Assembly (NCBI GenBank): GCA_035486135.1
Contig: DATHNI010000007.1
Span: forward strand, 1-30,928
DNA: 30,928 nucleotides
Origin: Acetobacteraceae bacterium
GTDB lineage: Bacteria > Pseudomonadota > Alphaproteobacteria > Acetobacterales > Acetobacteraceae
Direction of reading: 5' to 3'
Shown: positions 8,520 through 16,180 of the stretch, in pieces
Layout of the letters: each line of letters opens with the position of its first letter
Position numbering within the stretch: the first letter of the stretch is position 1
Notes under the pieces: generated by a model
What the model was told of the DNA's origin: nothing
What the model saw: only the letters and a program-made list of their open reading frames with translations
Database searches by the model: none
Made by a program: the position numbers and the translations under genes

Positions 8520-8534
8520 ATGAAACGATTTCAT
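8520..8534. promoter_or_regulatory. Perfect palindrome ATGAAACGATTTCAT, 33-47 nt upstream of the PEP-CTERM gene start; candidate operator
   Basis: Read from sequence, in the leader of the minus-strand gene. Confidence 0.3.
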
Positions 8535-8736
8535 AGGCAAGCAAGTTCCGCGCCAACTCCGTAGTCGATTGAAAAGCCACGGATTTGACTGCGGCACAGC
8601 CGTCCGGATGACATCGGTGTAAGACTTACCGACAATGCCTGGTTATGCGGCGGCTGATATCGGAATGATCCTGCCAAAAGACGCCGGATCGTCTGTCGGG
8701 ACATCTCGCGCGTTGAGCAGGAGCGGGGGCTACAGG

Positions 8737-9057
8737 TCACTCCCCGCCGTCCAGCGCCGCCTCCACCGCCCGCACCGCCGCCAGCGGCACCGCGCCCCGC
8801 CCGACCACCTGGCCGCCGACGCAGGCCAACCACCCCGCCCCGTCCGGCGGCTCGGCCGGCCGCAGCTCGACCACCTTGGCGTCGGCGTCCAGTGCCACCG
8901 CCTGGAACCGCCGCCACCCCGTGCATAAAGGTCCCTGAACGCGAACGACGCGGGCGATGGCCTCGCCCGCGTCGTCTAACCCGATCCACTCCAGGGTGCG
9001 GGGAACCCCGGCACCCTCCTCACGCCGACCCCGCGTCCATCGGAGGCGGGGCTGCAT
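8737..9057 (-). CDS. Hypothetical protein (106 aa) downstream of the EF-G gene
   Basis: Open frame whose C-terminal two-thirds is GC3-rich. No family is recognised, and the N-terminal codons are atypical, so the start is uncertain. Confidence 0.25.
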   Translation of the reverse strand: MQPRLRWTRGRREEGAGVPRTLEWIGLDDAGEAIARVVRVQGPLCTGWRRFQAVALDADAKVVELRPAEPPDGAGWLACVGGQVVGRGAVPLAAVRAVEAALDGGE

Positions 9058-9102
9058 CCTAATCGCACTCCATCAGGCGCACTCCGTGGCCACAGCCCCG
9101 GC

Positions 9103-9143
9103 GTCATGCCCGTCCCCGGGCTTGACCCGGGGACGGCAATGAC
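9103..9143. terminator. Strong hairpin (GTCATGCCCGTCCCCGGG-CTTGA-CCCGGGGACGGCAATGAC) downstream of the EF-G gene
   Basis: An 11-18-bp stem with a CTTGA loop. It is related to the GTCATG..CTTGA..CATGAC repeat family and has no U-tract, so it may act as a repeat-derived rather than classical intrinsic terminator. Confidence 0.45.
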
Positions 9144-9158
9144 ACGGAACAGCTACCC

Positions 9159-11246
9159 TCATGCACTCTTGGCCATGATCTCGTCCGCGATGTTCCGCGG
9201 CACCGGATCGTAGTGGTGGAACTGCATGGTGAACGACGCGCGCCCCTTGGTCATGCTGCGAATATCGGAAATATATCCGAACATTTCCTTAAGGGGAACA
9301 TGCGCCCGGACGATCACCGTGGACCCGGAGCTCTCCTGGTTCTGGATCATCCCACGGCGGCGGTTCAGGTCGCCCACCACGTCACCCACGTGATCCTGCG
9401 GCGTGGTCACCTCCACGTCCATGATCGGCTCCAGGATGATCGGGCTGGCCTTCTTCATCCCGTCGCGGAAACACGCCTTGGCGGCGATCTCGAACGCCAG
9501 CGCAGACGAGTCGACGTCGTGGTACTTGCCGTCGATCAGGGTGTATTTGAAGTCCACCGTCGGGAAGCCGGCCAGCACGCCGGTATCCGCCTGGACCCTG
9601 ATCCCCTTCTCCACCGCCGGGATGTACTCCTTCGGCACCGAGCCGCCGATCACCTTGTTCTCGAACACCACGCCGCCGTTCCGCTCCAGCGGCTCGAACA
9701 GGATCTTCACCTCGGCATACTGGCCGGAGCCGCCGGTCTGCTTCTTGTGTGTGTAGGTTTCCGTGTGCGGCTTGGTAATCGTCTCGCGATACGCCACCTG
9801 CGGCGCGCCGATATTCGCATCGACGCCGTACTCACGGCGCAGCCGGTCGATGATGATCTCGAGGTGCAGTTCGCCCATGCCGGACAGGATCGTCTCCCCC
9901 GTCTCCTGGTCGGTGCGCAGCCGCAGCGACGGGTCCTCGCCGGCCAGCTTCTGCAGGCCGAGCGACATCTTCTCCACCGCTTCCTTGGTGCGCGGCTCGA
10001 CCGAGATGTCGATCACCGGCACCGGGAAGGCCATGCGCTCCAGCACCACCGGATCCTGCTGGGACGCCAGCGTGTCGCCCGTGCCGGTGTCCTTCAGACC
10101 GACGAAGGCAGCGATGTCGCCGGCATGCACTTCCTTGATCTCGGCGCGCTTGTCGGCGTGCATCTGGAACATCCGGCCGATGCGCTCGCGATGCTCGCGG
10201 GTGGTGTTCATCACCGTGTCACCCGACTTCAGCGTGCCGGCATAGACGCGCACGAAGGTCAGCGTGCCGTACTTGTCGTTGATGATCTTGAACGCCAGGC
10301 CGGCGAACGGAGCGTCCGGATCGGCCTTGATGCGCCGGCGGTCGGAATGCTCGCCATCCTCCTCGCCTTCCGCCGCGGCGACGCTGATGCCGGGCACGTC
10401 GATCGGCGACGGCAGGTAGTCGATCACCGCATCCAACAGCGGCTGCACGCCTTTGTTCTTGAACGCCGTGCCGCACAGCACCGGGCGGAACGCGCCGGAG
10501 ATCGTGCCGGTCTTGATGCCGCGCCGCAGGGTCTCGGGCTTGACGTCGCCGTGCTCGAAATATTCTTCCATGCCCGCATCGTCGACCGACAGCGCGGTGT
10601 CCAGCAGAAGCTGCCGGTATTCCTTCGCTTGCTCCTCCAGGTCCGCGGGGATGGGCTCGATATGGAAGCTCGCGCCCAGTTCGCTGCCGTCCCAGATCAC
10701 CGCATGCATCTCGATCAGGTCCACCACGCCGATGAACTTGTCCTCGATGCCGATCGGCAGTTGCAGCGGCAACGCAACGATGTCCAGCTTCTCCTTCAAC
10801 GTGCTGAACGCACGGAAGAAGTCCGCGCCGGTGCGGTCCAGCTTGTTGATGAAGATGATGCGCGGCACGTTGTAGCGGTCGGCCAGGCGCCAGTTGGTCT
10901 CCGACTGAGGCTGCACGCCGGCGACGCCCTCGATGATGAAGATCGCGCCGTCCAGCACGCGCAGGCTGCGGTTCACCTCGATGTTGAAATCGATGTGGCC
11001 GGGCGTGTCGATGATGTTGATGCGGTGGTCCTTCCACTCGCACGTCACCGCCGCGGACGTGATCGTGATGCCGCGCTCCCGCTCCTGCTCCATGTAGTCG
11101 GTCGTGGTGTTGCCGTCGTGCACCTCGCCGATCCGGTGGGACATTCCGGTGTAGTACAGAATGCGCTCGGTCGTCGTGGTCTTGCCGGCATCGATGTGCG
11201 CGGTGATGCCAATATTGCGGATTCTGTCGAGCGGCGTCGCGGGCAC
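9159..11246 (-). CDS. fusA: Elongation factor G paralog (EF-G2-like). It stands alone and is not in an str operon.
   Basis: [38 protein letters not shown], the [31 protein letters not shown] block and a full C-terminal domain IV/V. It lacks the EF-G1 insertion after the first G-domain switch (TCEWKDH instead of TAFWSGMAKQYEPH). The start is called at GTG(11246) because of the perfect AGGAGG 6 nt upstream; the tracked ATG at 11402 would add 50 non-homologous residues. Confidence 0.93.
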   Translation of the reverse strand: MPATPLDRIRNIGITAHIDAGKTTTTERILYYTGMSHRIGEVHDGNTTTDYMEQERERGITITSAAVTCEWKDHRINIIDTPGHIDFNIEVNRSLRVLDGAIFIIEGVAGVQPQSETNWRLADRYNVPRIIFINKLDRTGADFFRAFSTLKEKLDIVALPLQLPIGIEDKFIGVVDLIEMHAVIWDGSELGASFHIEPIPADLEEQAKEYRQLLLDTALSVDDAGMEEYFEHGDVKPETLRRGIKTGTISGAFRPVLCGTAFKNKGVQPLLDAVIDYLPSPIDVPGISVAAAEGEEDGEHSDRRRIKADPDAPFAGLAFKIINDKYGTLTFVRVYAGTLKSGDTVMNTTREHRERIGRMFQMHADKRAEIKEVHAGDIAAFVGLKDTGTGDTLASQQDPVVLERMAFPVPVIDISVEPRTKEAVEKMSLGLQKLAGEDPSLRLRTDQETGETILSGMGELHLEIIIDRLRREYGVDANIGAPQVAYRETITKPHTETYTHKKQTGGSGQYAEVKILFEPLERNGGVVFENKVIGGSVPKEYIPAVEKGIRVQADTGVLAGFPTVDFKYTLIDGKYHDVDSSALAFEIAAKACFRDGMKKASPIILEPIMDVEVTTPQDHVGDVVGDLNRRRGMIQNQESSGSTVIVRAHVPLKEMFGYISDIRSMTKGRASFTMQFHHYDPVPRNIADEIMAKSA

Positions 11247-11254
11247 GGTGGAAC

Positions 11255-11260
11255 CTCCTA
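11255..11260 (-). promoter_or_regulatory. Shine-Dalgarno AGGAGG for the EF-G paralog
   Basis: The minus strand reads TTAGGAGGTTCCACCGTG. The GTG then encodes [14 protein letters not shown], aligned with EF-G N-termini. Confidence 0.6.
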
Positions 11261-11556
11261 AAGCAGCACCGGGCGCGTGATCCTGTGCGGATCCCCGGGA
11301 AGCATCCCGGCGCGCCCGTGTCCTGGTCCGGCCGAGATGGTGCCCCGCGAAACTGGCAAGCGGGGGCCCCAACCGGCTATGTCTGGGCGTGAAATGCGGC
11401 AATCAGGCCCGTTTTGCAAGTGCGAAATGGCGCCGCATGGGACACATGCACGCGCCGCCGTGCCTCCGCCGTCCCATCACCCTCCCCTGCGGCGTCCCCT
11501 GCGGCGTTCACTCTTTGTCACTGTCGGACACGCTGACTAGGGCTAGCTTCCGCGCC

Positions 11557-12861
11557 ATGGATCCACGCACCGCACAAGCGCTGATCCGCTTCGGCCTGGG
11601 TCGCCGAGGCGAGGAACCCATCCCGTCCGACCCGGCCGCCTGGTTGAACGACCAGTTGCGCCAGCCCGACCCCACCCGCATCGACCCGCCGCCGAGCACG
11701 GTCCGGGGCCTGGAGGCATTGCGCTTCGACCGCCAAAACAAGCCGCCGCCCGACCAGCGAACGGTGCGTCCGCTGTTCCAGGCAGAGGCCCGCGCCGAGC
11801 TGGAAAACGCCCTGACCACCCCAGCCCCGTTCCGCGAGCGCCTGGTGCGGTTCTGGACCAACCACTTCACCGTCTCGGTGCGCGGTGGCACGGCCGCCGT
11901 GGCCGGCGCGTTCGTGGAGGAGGCGATCCGCCCCAACGTCACCGCCCGCTTCGAGACCATGCTGCTGGCGGTGATGCACCACCCCGCCATGCTGATCTAC
12001 CTGAACAACGCCCAATCGGTCGGACCGGACAGCCTCGCCGGCCAGCGCAGTCATCGCGGCCTGAACGAGAACCTCGCCCGTGAGTGCATGGAGCTGCACA
12101 CGGTCAGCCCGGCCGCCGGTTACACCCAGGCGGACGTGACCAACTTCGCGAAGATCCTGACCGGCTGGTCGATCGACCTGCGCTCGGACCCGCCCGGCTT
12201 CCGCTTCCGCCCCGCGGCGCACGAGCCGGGCGAGCAGGTCGTGATGGGCCGCCGCTTCCCACCCGGCGAGGAGGGGGGCATCGCCGTCCTGCGGTTCCTG
12301 GCCAATCACCCATCCACGCACCACTTCCTGGCCACCAAGCTGGCGCGCCACTTCGTCGCCGACGACCCGCCGCCCGAGGCGGTGCGTCCTATCGAGGCGG
12401 CCTTGCGCGACACGCGCGGGAACCTCGGTGCCGCGGCCGCATCGCTGATCACGCTGGAGGCCGCCTGGCAGCCCGGGGCGAAACTGCGCGACCCGCAGGA
12501 TTACGTCATCGCCTGCATGCGCGCGCTGGACCTGCCGCCGGAGCAACGGGCCGGCATGAACCTGCCCGGGATCGTCGGCAGCCTCGGCCAGCCGTTCTGG
12601 AACGCACCACAGCCCAATGGCTGGCCGGACCGCGCCAGCGACTGGGCCGCGCCCGAGGCCATGATGCGCCGCATCGACTGGGCGTATGGCGTATCCGGCC
12701 GCGTGGCGGGGCCGCAAAACGGGCGCGATGCCGCGGAACTCGCCGAGGCGACGCTCGGGCCGCTGCTATCCGCCGACACCTTGCAGGCGGTGCACCGCGC
12801 CGGCTCCCGCCGCGACGCCATGACCCTGCTGCTGACCGCTCCCGAATTCCAGAGGCGCTGA
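11557..12861 (+). CDS. DUF1800-family protein
   Basis: MDPRTAQALIRFGLG...FWTNHFTVS...MLIYLNNAQS...NENLARECMELHTVS is the typical DUF1800 architecture, and the gene sits immediately upstream of a DUF1501 gene, the classic conserved pair. The upstream part of the tracked ORF (from 11389) is non-homologous and GC3-poor. Confidence 0.8.
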   Translation: MDPRTAQALIRFGLGRRGEEPIPSDPAAWLNDQLRQPDPTRIDPPPSTVRGLEALRFDRQNKPPPDQRTVRPLFQAEARAELENALTTPAPFRERLVRFWTNHFTVSVRGGTAAVAGAFVEEAIRPNVTARFETMLLAVMHHPAMLIYLNNAQSVGPDSLAGQRSHRGLNENLARECMELHTVSPAAGYTQADVTNFAKILTGWSIDLRSDPPGFRFRPAAHEPGEQVVMGRRFPPGEEGGIAVLRFLANHPSTHHFLATKLARHFVADDPPPEAVRPIEAALRDTRGNLGAAAASLITLEAAWQPGAKLRDPQDYVIACMRALDLPPEQRAGMNLPGIVGSLGQPFWNAPQPNGWPDRASDWAAPEAMMRRIDWAYGVSGRVAGPQNGRDAAELAEATLGPLLSADTLQAVHRAGSRRDAMTLLLTAPEFQRR

Positions 12862-12863
12862 GC

Positions 12864-14207
12864 ATGAAGACCGTTCCCAGCGGCACGACAAACCAAAGAA
12901 TACCCCCCCTCCCCTTGAGGGAGGGGGCTGGGGGGAGGGATTGCGTGCGGCACGAACCCCTCCCCCCAGCCCCCTCCCTCAAGGGGAGGGGGAGTCTCTT
13001 GGCGCTTGGCCCAATCCTCACCCGCCGGTCCGCCCTCCTTGGGCTGACCGCCGCCTTCACGCTGGGCCGCGCCTCGCTGGCTGTTGCCGCGGCGCCGGGG
13101 GATAAGCGCCTGGTCGTGGTGATCCTGCGCGGCGCGCTGGACGGCATGGCGGCGGTAGTGCCGTACGGCGATCCGGGGCTGACGCCCCTGCGCGGCGAGT
13201 TGGTGCCGGCCGGCCCCGGCCAGGCGAACGGCTTGCTCGATCTCGGCGGGTTCTACGGCCTGCACCCGTCGCTGGCGAACCTCCACACCATGTTCAAGGC
13301 CGGCGAGCTGTTGCCGGTGCACGCCGTCGTCGGCCCGACCCGGGTGCGCAGCCATTTCGAGGCGCAGGACTGCCTGGAGAGCGGCGCCGACCACCGCATG
13401 ACCAGTGGCTGGCTGAACCGCGCCGTCGCCGCGCTGCCCAACGCCGCGCATGACCGGCCGGAGGGCGACGCCCTGGCGATCGGCGTCTCCGTGCCGCTGC
13501 TGCTGCGCGGACCGGCGACAGTAGGAAGCTGGGCGCCGCACGGCGTCATGGCGCCCCCGGCCGATCTCTATACGCAGATCGCCGCGCTGAGCAGCACCGA
13601 CCGGATCATCGGCCCGGCGGTCGCCGAGGGCCTGCAGGAGCGCGGCTTCACCGCCACCGTGATCGCTACCGACGACGATCCGGCACAGCCAGCCAAGGAC
13701 CGCTACGCCTTCCCGGCGCTGGCGCGGGCCGCCGGCGAGATGCTGCGCGCACCGGACGGGCCGCGCGTCGCGGCACTGGAGATCGGCGGCTGGGACACCC
13801 ACCAGGCGCAGGTGCCCCGGCTGGGCGGTGTGCTGAAACAGCTCGACGCCGGCTTGGCGGGCCTGAAGGACGGCCTGGGCCCGGCGTGGAGCCAAACCGC
13901 CGTGCTGGTCATGACCGAATTCGGCCGGACGGCCCGGGTGAACGGCACCAAGGGCACCGACCACGGTACCGCCACCGTGGCGTTCGTGCTGGGCGGCGCT
14001 GTGTTCGGTGGGCGTGTGGCCGGACAATGGCCCGGCCTGGGCCCGGGCAAGCTATACGAGAACCGCGACCTCGCGCCGACCACCGATCTGCGCTCGGTCG
14101 CCAAAGGATTGCTGGCCGGGCACCTGGGCGTCCCCGGCGGCGCGCTGACCGCCGTGTTCCCCGGCAGCGAAGCAGCGCAACCAACCCGCGGACTGCTCCG
14201 CACGTAG
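12864..14207 (+). CDS. DUF1501-family protein (sulfatase / alkaline-phosphatase-like fold) with a TAT signal. An alternative start at TTG(12999) lies just after the embedded REP-2 element.
   Basis: The TAT-like signal LTRRSALLGLTAAFTLGRASLAVAAA is followed by MTEFGRTARVNGTKGTDHGTATVAFVLGG, typical of DUF1501. ATG(12864) lies 3 nt after the DUF1800 stop, but nt 12903-12994 of that reading frame is a REP-2 palindrome translated as PPLPLREGAGGRDCVRHEPLPPAPSLKGRGS. Confidence 0.75.
   Translation: MKTVPSGTTNQRIPPLPLREGAGGRDCVRHEPLPPAPSLKGRGSLLALGPILTRRSALLGLTAAFTLGRASLAVAAAPGDKRLVVVILRGALDGMAAVVPYGDPGLTPLRGELVPAGPGQANGLLDLGGFYGLHPSLANLHTMFKAGELLPVHAVVGPTRVRSHFEAQDCLESGADHRMTSGWLNRAVAALPNAAHDRPEGDALAIGVSVPLLLRGPATVGSWAPHGVMAPPADLYTQIAALSSTDRIIGPAVAEGLQERGFTATVIATDDDPAQPAKDRYAFPALARAAGEMLRAPDGPRVAALEIGGWDTHQAQVPRLGGVLKQLDAGLAGLKDGLGPAWSQTAVLVMTEFGRTARVNGTKGTDHGTATVAFVLGGAVFGGRVAGQWPGLGPGKLYENRDLAPTTDLRSVAKGLLAGHLGVPGGALTAVFPGSEAAQPTRGLLRT
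12903..12994. repeat. REP-2 GC-rich palindromic element, copy A (CCCCCCTCCCCTTGAGGGAGGGGGCTGGGGGGAGGG ... CCCCTCCCCCCAGCCCCCTCCCTCAAGGGGAGGGGGAG). Each arm is itself a hairpin with a CTTGA/TCAAG loop, and it carries canonical G4 motifs on both strands.
   Basis: Read directly: GGGAGGGGGCTGGGGGGAGGG contains four G-tracts with 1-2 nt loops. Copy B is at 27109-27214 and a fragment at ~15303-15318. Confidence 0.85.
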
Positions 14208-14227
14208 TGTAGCAGCTAGTCTAATCT

Positions 14228-14296
14228 AACCTCTCCCGCTTCGCGGGAGAGGTCGAGACGCGAAGCGGCGAGGGTGAGGGCGATCGGGTCGGCACT
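14228..14296. repeat. REP-1 element, truncated copy (one terminal hairpin plus one arm of the long stem)
   Basis: AACCTCTCCCGCTTCGCGGGAGAGGTCGAGACGCGAAGCGGCGAGGGTGAGGGCGATCGGGTCGGCAC matches the 2235-2385 element. The second arm is degenerate. Confidence 0.7.
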
Positions 14297-14428
14297 TTGC
14301 CTCTCCTGCTGCGCGCCGGCACGATCACCGTCGGCGGAATCGCTGCGTCCCTCGATTCGGGGTCGACACGTACAGTCCCAGCACCTGCCGCGCCGATAGC
14401 TCGGCCGATCGCTGGTATCCTGCCTCCG

Positions 14429-15192
14429 TCACTGGCCGACGAGTGACAGCGGCAACTCCAGGCTGCCGCGCACGCTGAGCACCGATGCGATCTGCGCGCC
14501 GATGCGTTGGCCGAAGTCCATGAGCTCTTGCATTTGCTCGCCGGCCGGCGGTTGATCCCCGGCGTCCCAGTTCACGAACAAGGCGCCCAGCAGTTTGCCC
14601 TGCACGTCGGTCACCGGGCAGGCCAGCAGGCTGCTGGCGCCCAACAACTGCATGCGGGCCTGTAATTCAAAGTTGTGGACCTCCGGCATCGACGTCGATT
14701 GGCACCGGCCGGCCAACATCGCCGGAAGAAACTCGCTCCAGGTGGACAGCGGCTCGTTGACGACTGTCCCACCCGCGGCGCGGCCGGGCGCCGCAACCGC
14801 GTTGGTGACGTCGTAGCGCAACATGCTGGTGCCGGTGACGCCCGTGATGCCGTTATGGACCACGCCAAGCCGGACACGCGCCGCTCCCATCGAATGCAGC
14901 AGCGCGACCCCGAGCAATTCGTCGATCAGCTTGCCGCTCGTCGCGTACTGGTGCAACTCCGCCTGCATGAGGGCGGCCACGAGTTGCTGTTGCTCGGCCT
15001 CGCGATTCGCCCTGGTGTCGACAAACGCCACCCGCAGGCCCTTGGCCAAACTTCCTTCGTCGCGGATGTGCCAACCCAGGTACAGGCTGCACAGCATGGC
15101 AACGGTCAGCACGGGCTGGATCACCACGTTCACCAAAGGCTCACGCAGATTGCCGAGCATCGAAAGCAACATGTTGAGCAAGCGCAGGGCCT
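14429..15192 (-). CDS. GAF-domain protein with an N-terminal transmembrane helix; codon usage is atypical
   Basis: After the hydrophobic VVIQPVLTVAMLCSLYLGW segment comes a ~150-aa GAF-like region. Start candidates are GTG(15192), with GGAG 8 nt upstream, or ATG(15162). The extension upstream to 15403 is rich in rare codons and is probably non-coding. Confidence 0.55.
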
Positions 15193-15595
15193 CGACAATC
15201 ACAAGTCTTACTCCGTTGATGTGGGCCAGTGGGATCGGACAAAGGCGGTCTGACGCATGCCCGGCGAGCGCGGGCCAGCGAGTCAGTTGCTGCTTGGTAA
15301 ATCCGGGTCTCCCCTTGAGGGAGCCACACGTCCTTGTTCGCGGCGACGTCTGCCGTTTCAGCCCGAGCGTGTTGGTCGCCGCCCGATGGTCAGCGCGCCA
15401 CAATGCCGAGGCAGCGCCAGACGTCAGGACGCTTGGCGGCGTGTGAGGCTGTTCTCCCGCCCGGATGCGCGGCGTGAGCCAGGAATGGCGCAGCGACTGA
15501 ACTCTCTGGCGACAGCAACTACTGGGCGCAATACCGCCGTTGACAGCCGCGGTCTAGTCAGTCCTAGGATTATTGTCAAGACAAATCGTATATAT

Positions 15596-15609
15596 GGAAT
15601 AAGTATTCC
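15596..15609. promoter_or_regulatory. Perfect palindrome GGAATAAGTATTCC inside the most AT-rich island of the window (15571-15607); a TTGACA lies at 15540-15545
   Basis: Read directly. It sits in a ~1-kb apparently non-coding gap between the GAF gene and the PEPC-like gene. Confidence 0.25.
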
Positions 15610-15849
15610 TATAGCCCTGCGGAGCGCGAAGCAACCGGCTGGATTGATCGCTGTCCGTATCGGAAACGCGTTCTTCCCGCAACCATTGCAGCCAGGCCAA
15701 TTCGTGCCGCTCGCGACAAGCGCGAAACGGCGTGTGAGGGTGCCTCCAGCCGGAGCGAAGCGAAGCCTGGTTGTCCATACCACGCCGAAAGTCCGCGTTA
15801 AGGGGCCGGAGGCAGATAACTGCTTCGACCAGCCGCGCCGCAAAGCCCT

Positions 15850-15942
15850 GTGTCATGGCCGGGCTTGGCCCAAGTACCCACGTCTTCTATTGCCGCCAGC
15901 AGCGAAGTCGTGGGTGGCCGGGCCAAGCCCGGCCATGACACA
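15850..15942. repeat. MITE-like hairpin element, copy B (TGTGTCATGGCCGGGCTTGGCCC ... GGCCGGGCCAAGCCCGGCCATGACACA)
   Basis: The terminal inverted repeats are related to copy A (4824-4911) and copy C (22029-22107). Confidence 0.75.
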
Positions 15943-16180
15943 GGGAGCTTTGACCCGCCCCAATTGACTCGATTGTTCCCGAATGGACCCTGATGCGTGC
16001 CGGCCCGATCACCCTCACCCGCCACTTCGTGGCGCGTCGATCCACTTCGCGGCTCAACCACGTCCAAGGCGGAAGAGGTTTCCTTGGGCAGACGGTGAAA
16101 AATTAGGCTCTGGACGCGCCCAATGCAGGCAAACCACAAACATTCTTGCTGCGTTGCACAAACGGTAGCAGGATCACCCT

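Noticed and set aside
9213-11261. 682-aa ORF on the plus strand antisense to the EF-G gene
   Set aside because: It is the mirror frame of a strongly conserved EF-G CDS and has an Arg/Leu/Asp/His-rich nonsense composition.
12084-12861. Long 5' extension of the DUF1501 frame (ORF 12084-14207, 707 aa) overlapping the DUF1800 gene
   Set aside because: The extension lies in another frame of the DUF1800 CDS and has an Arg/Pro-rich translation. The DUF1501 signal peptide begins only after ~12999.
12501-14027. 508-aa minus-strand ORF overlapping the DUF1501 gene
   Set aside because: It is antisense to a gene carrying family motifs and has low-complexity composition.
15257-15967. 236-aa plus-strand ORF and 100-139-aa minus-strand ORFs in the 15.2-16.1-kb gap
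   Set aside because: Their translations are low-complexity and rich in rare codons. The ATG of the 100-aa frame lies inside a MITE-like repeat terminus (CATGACACAG). No family resemblance was found.
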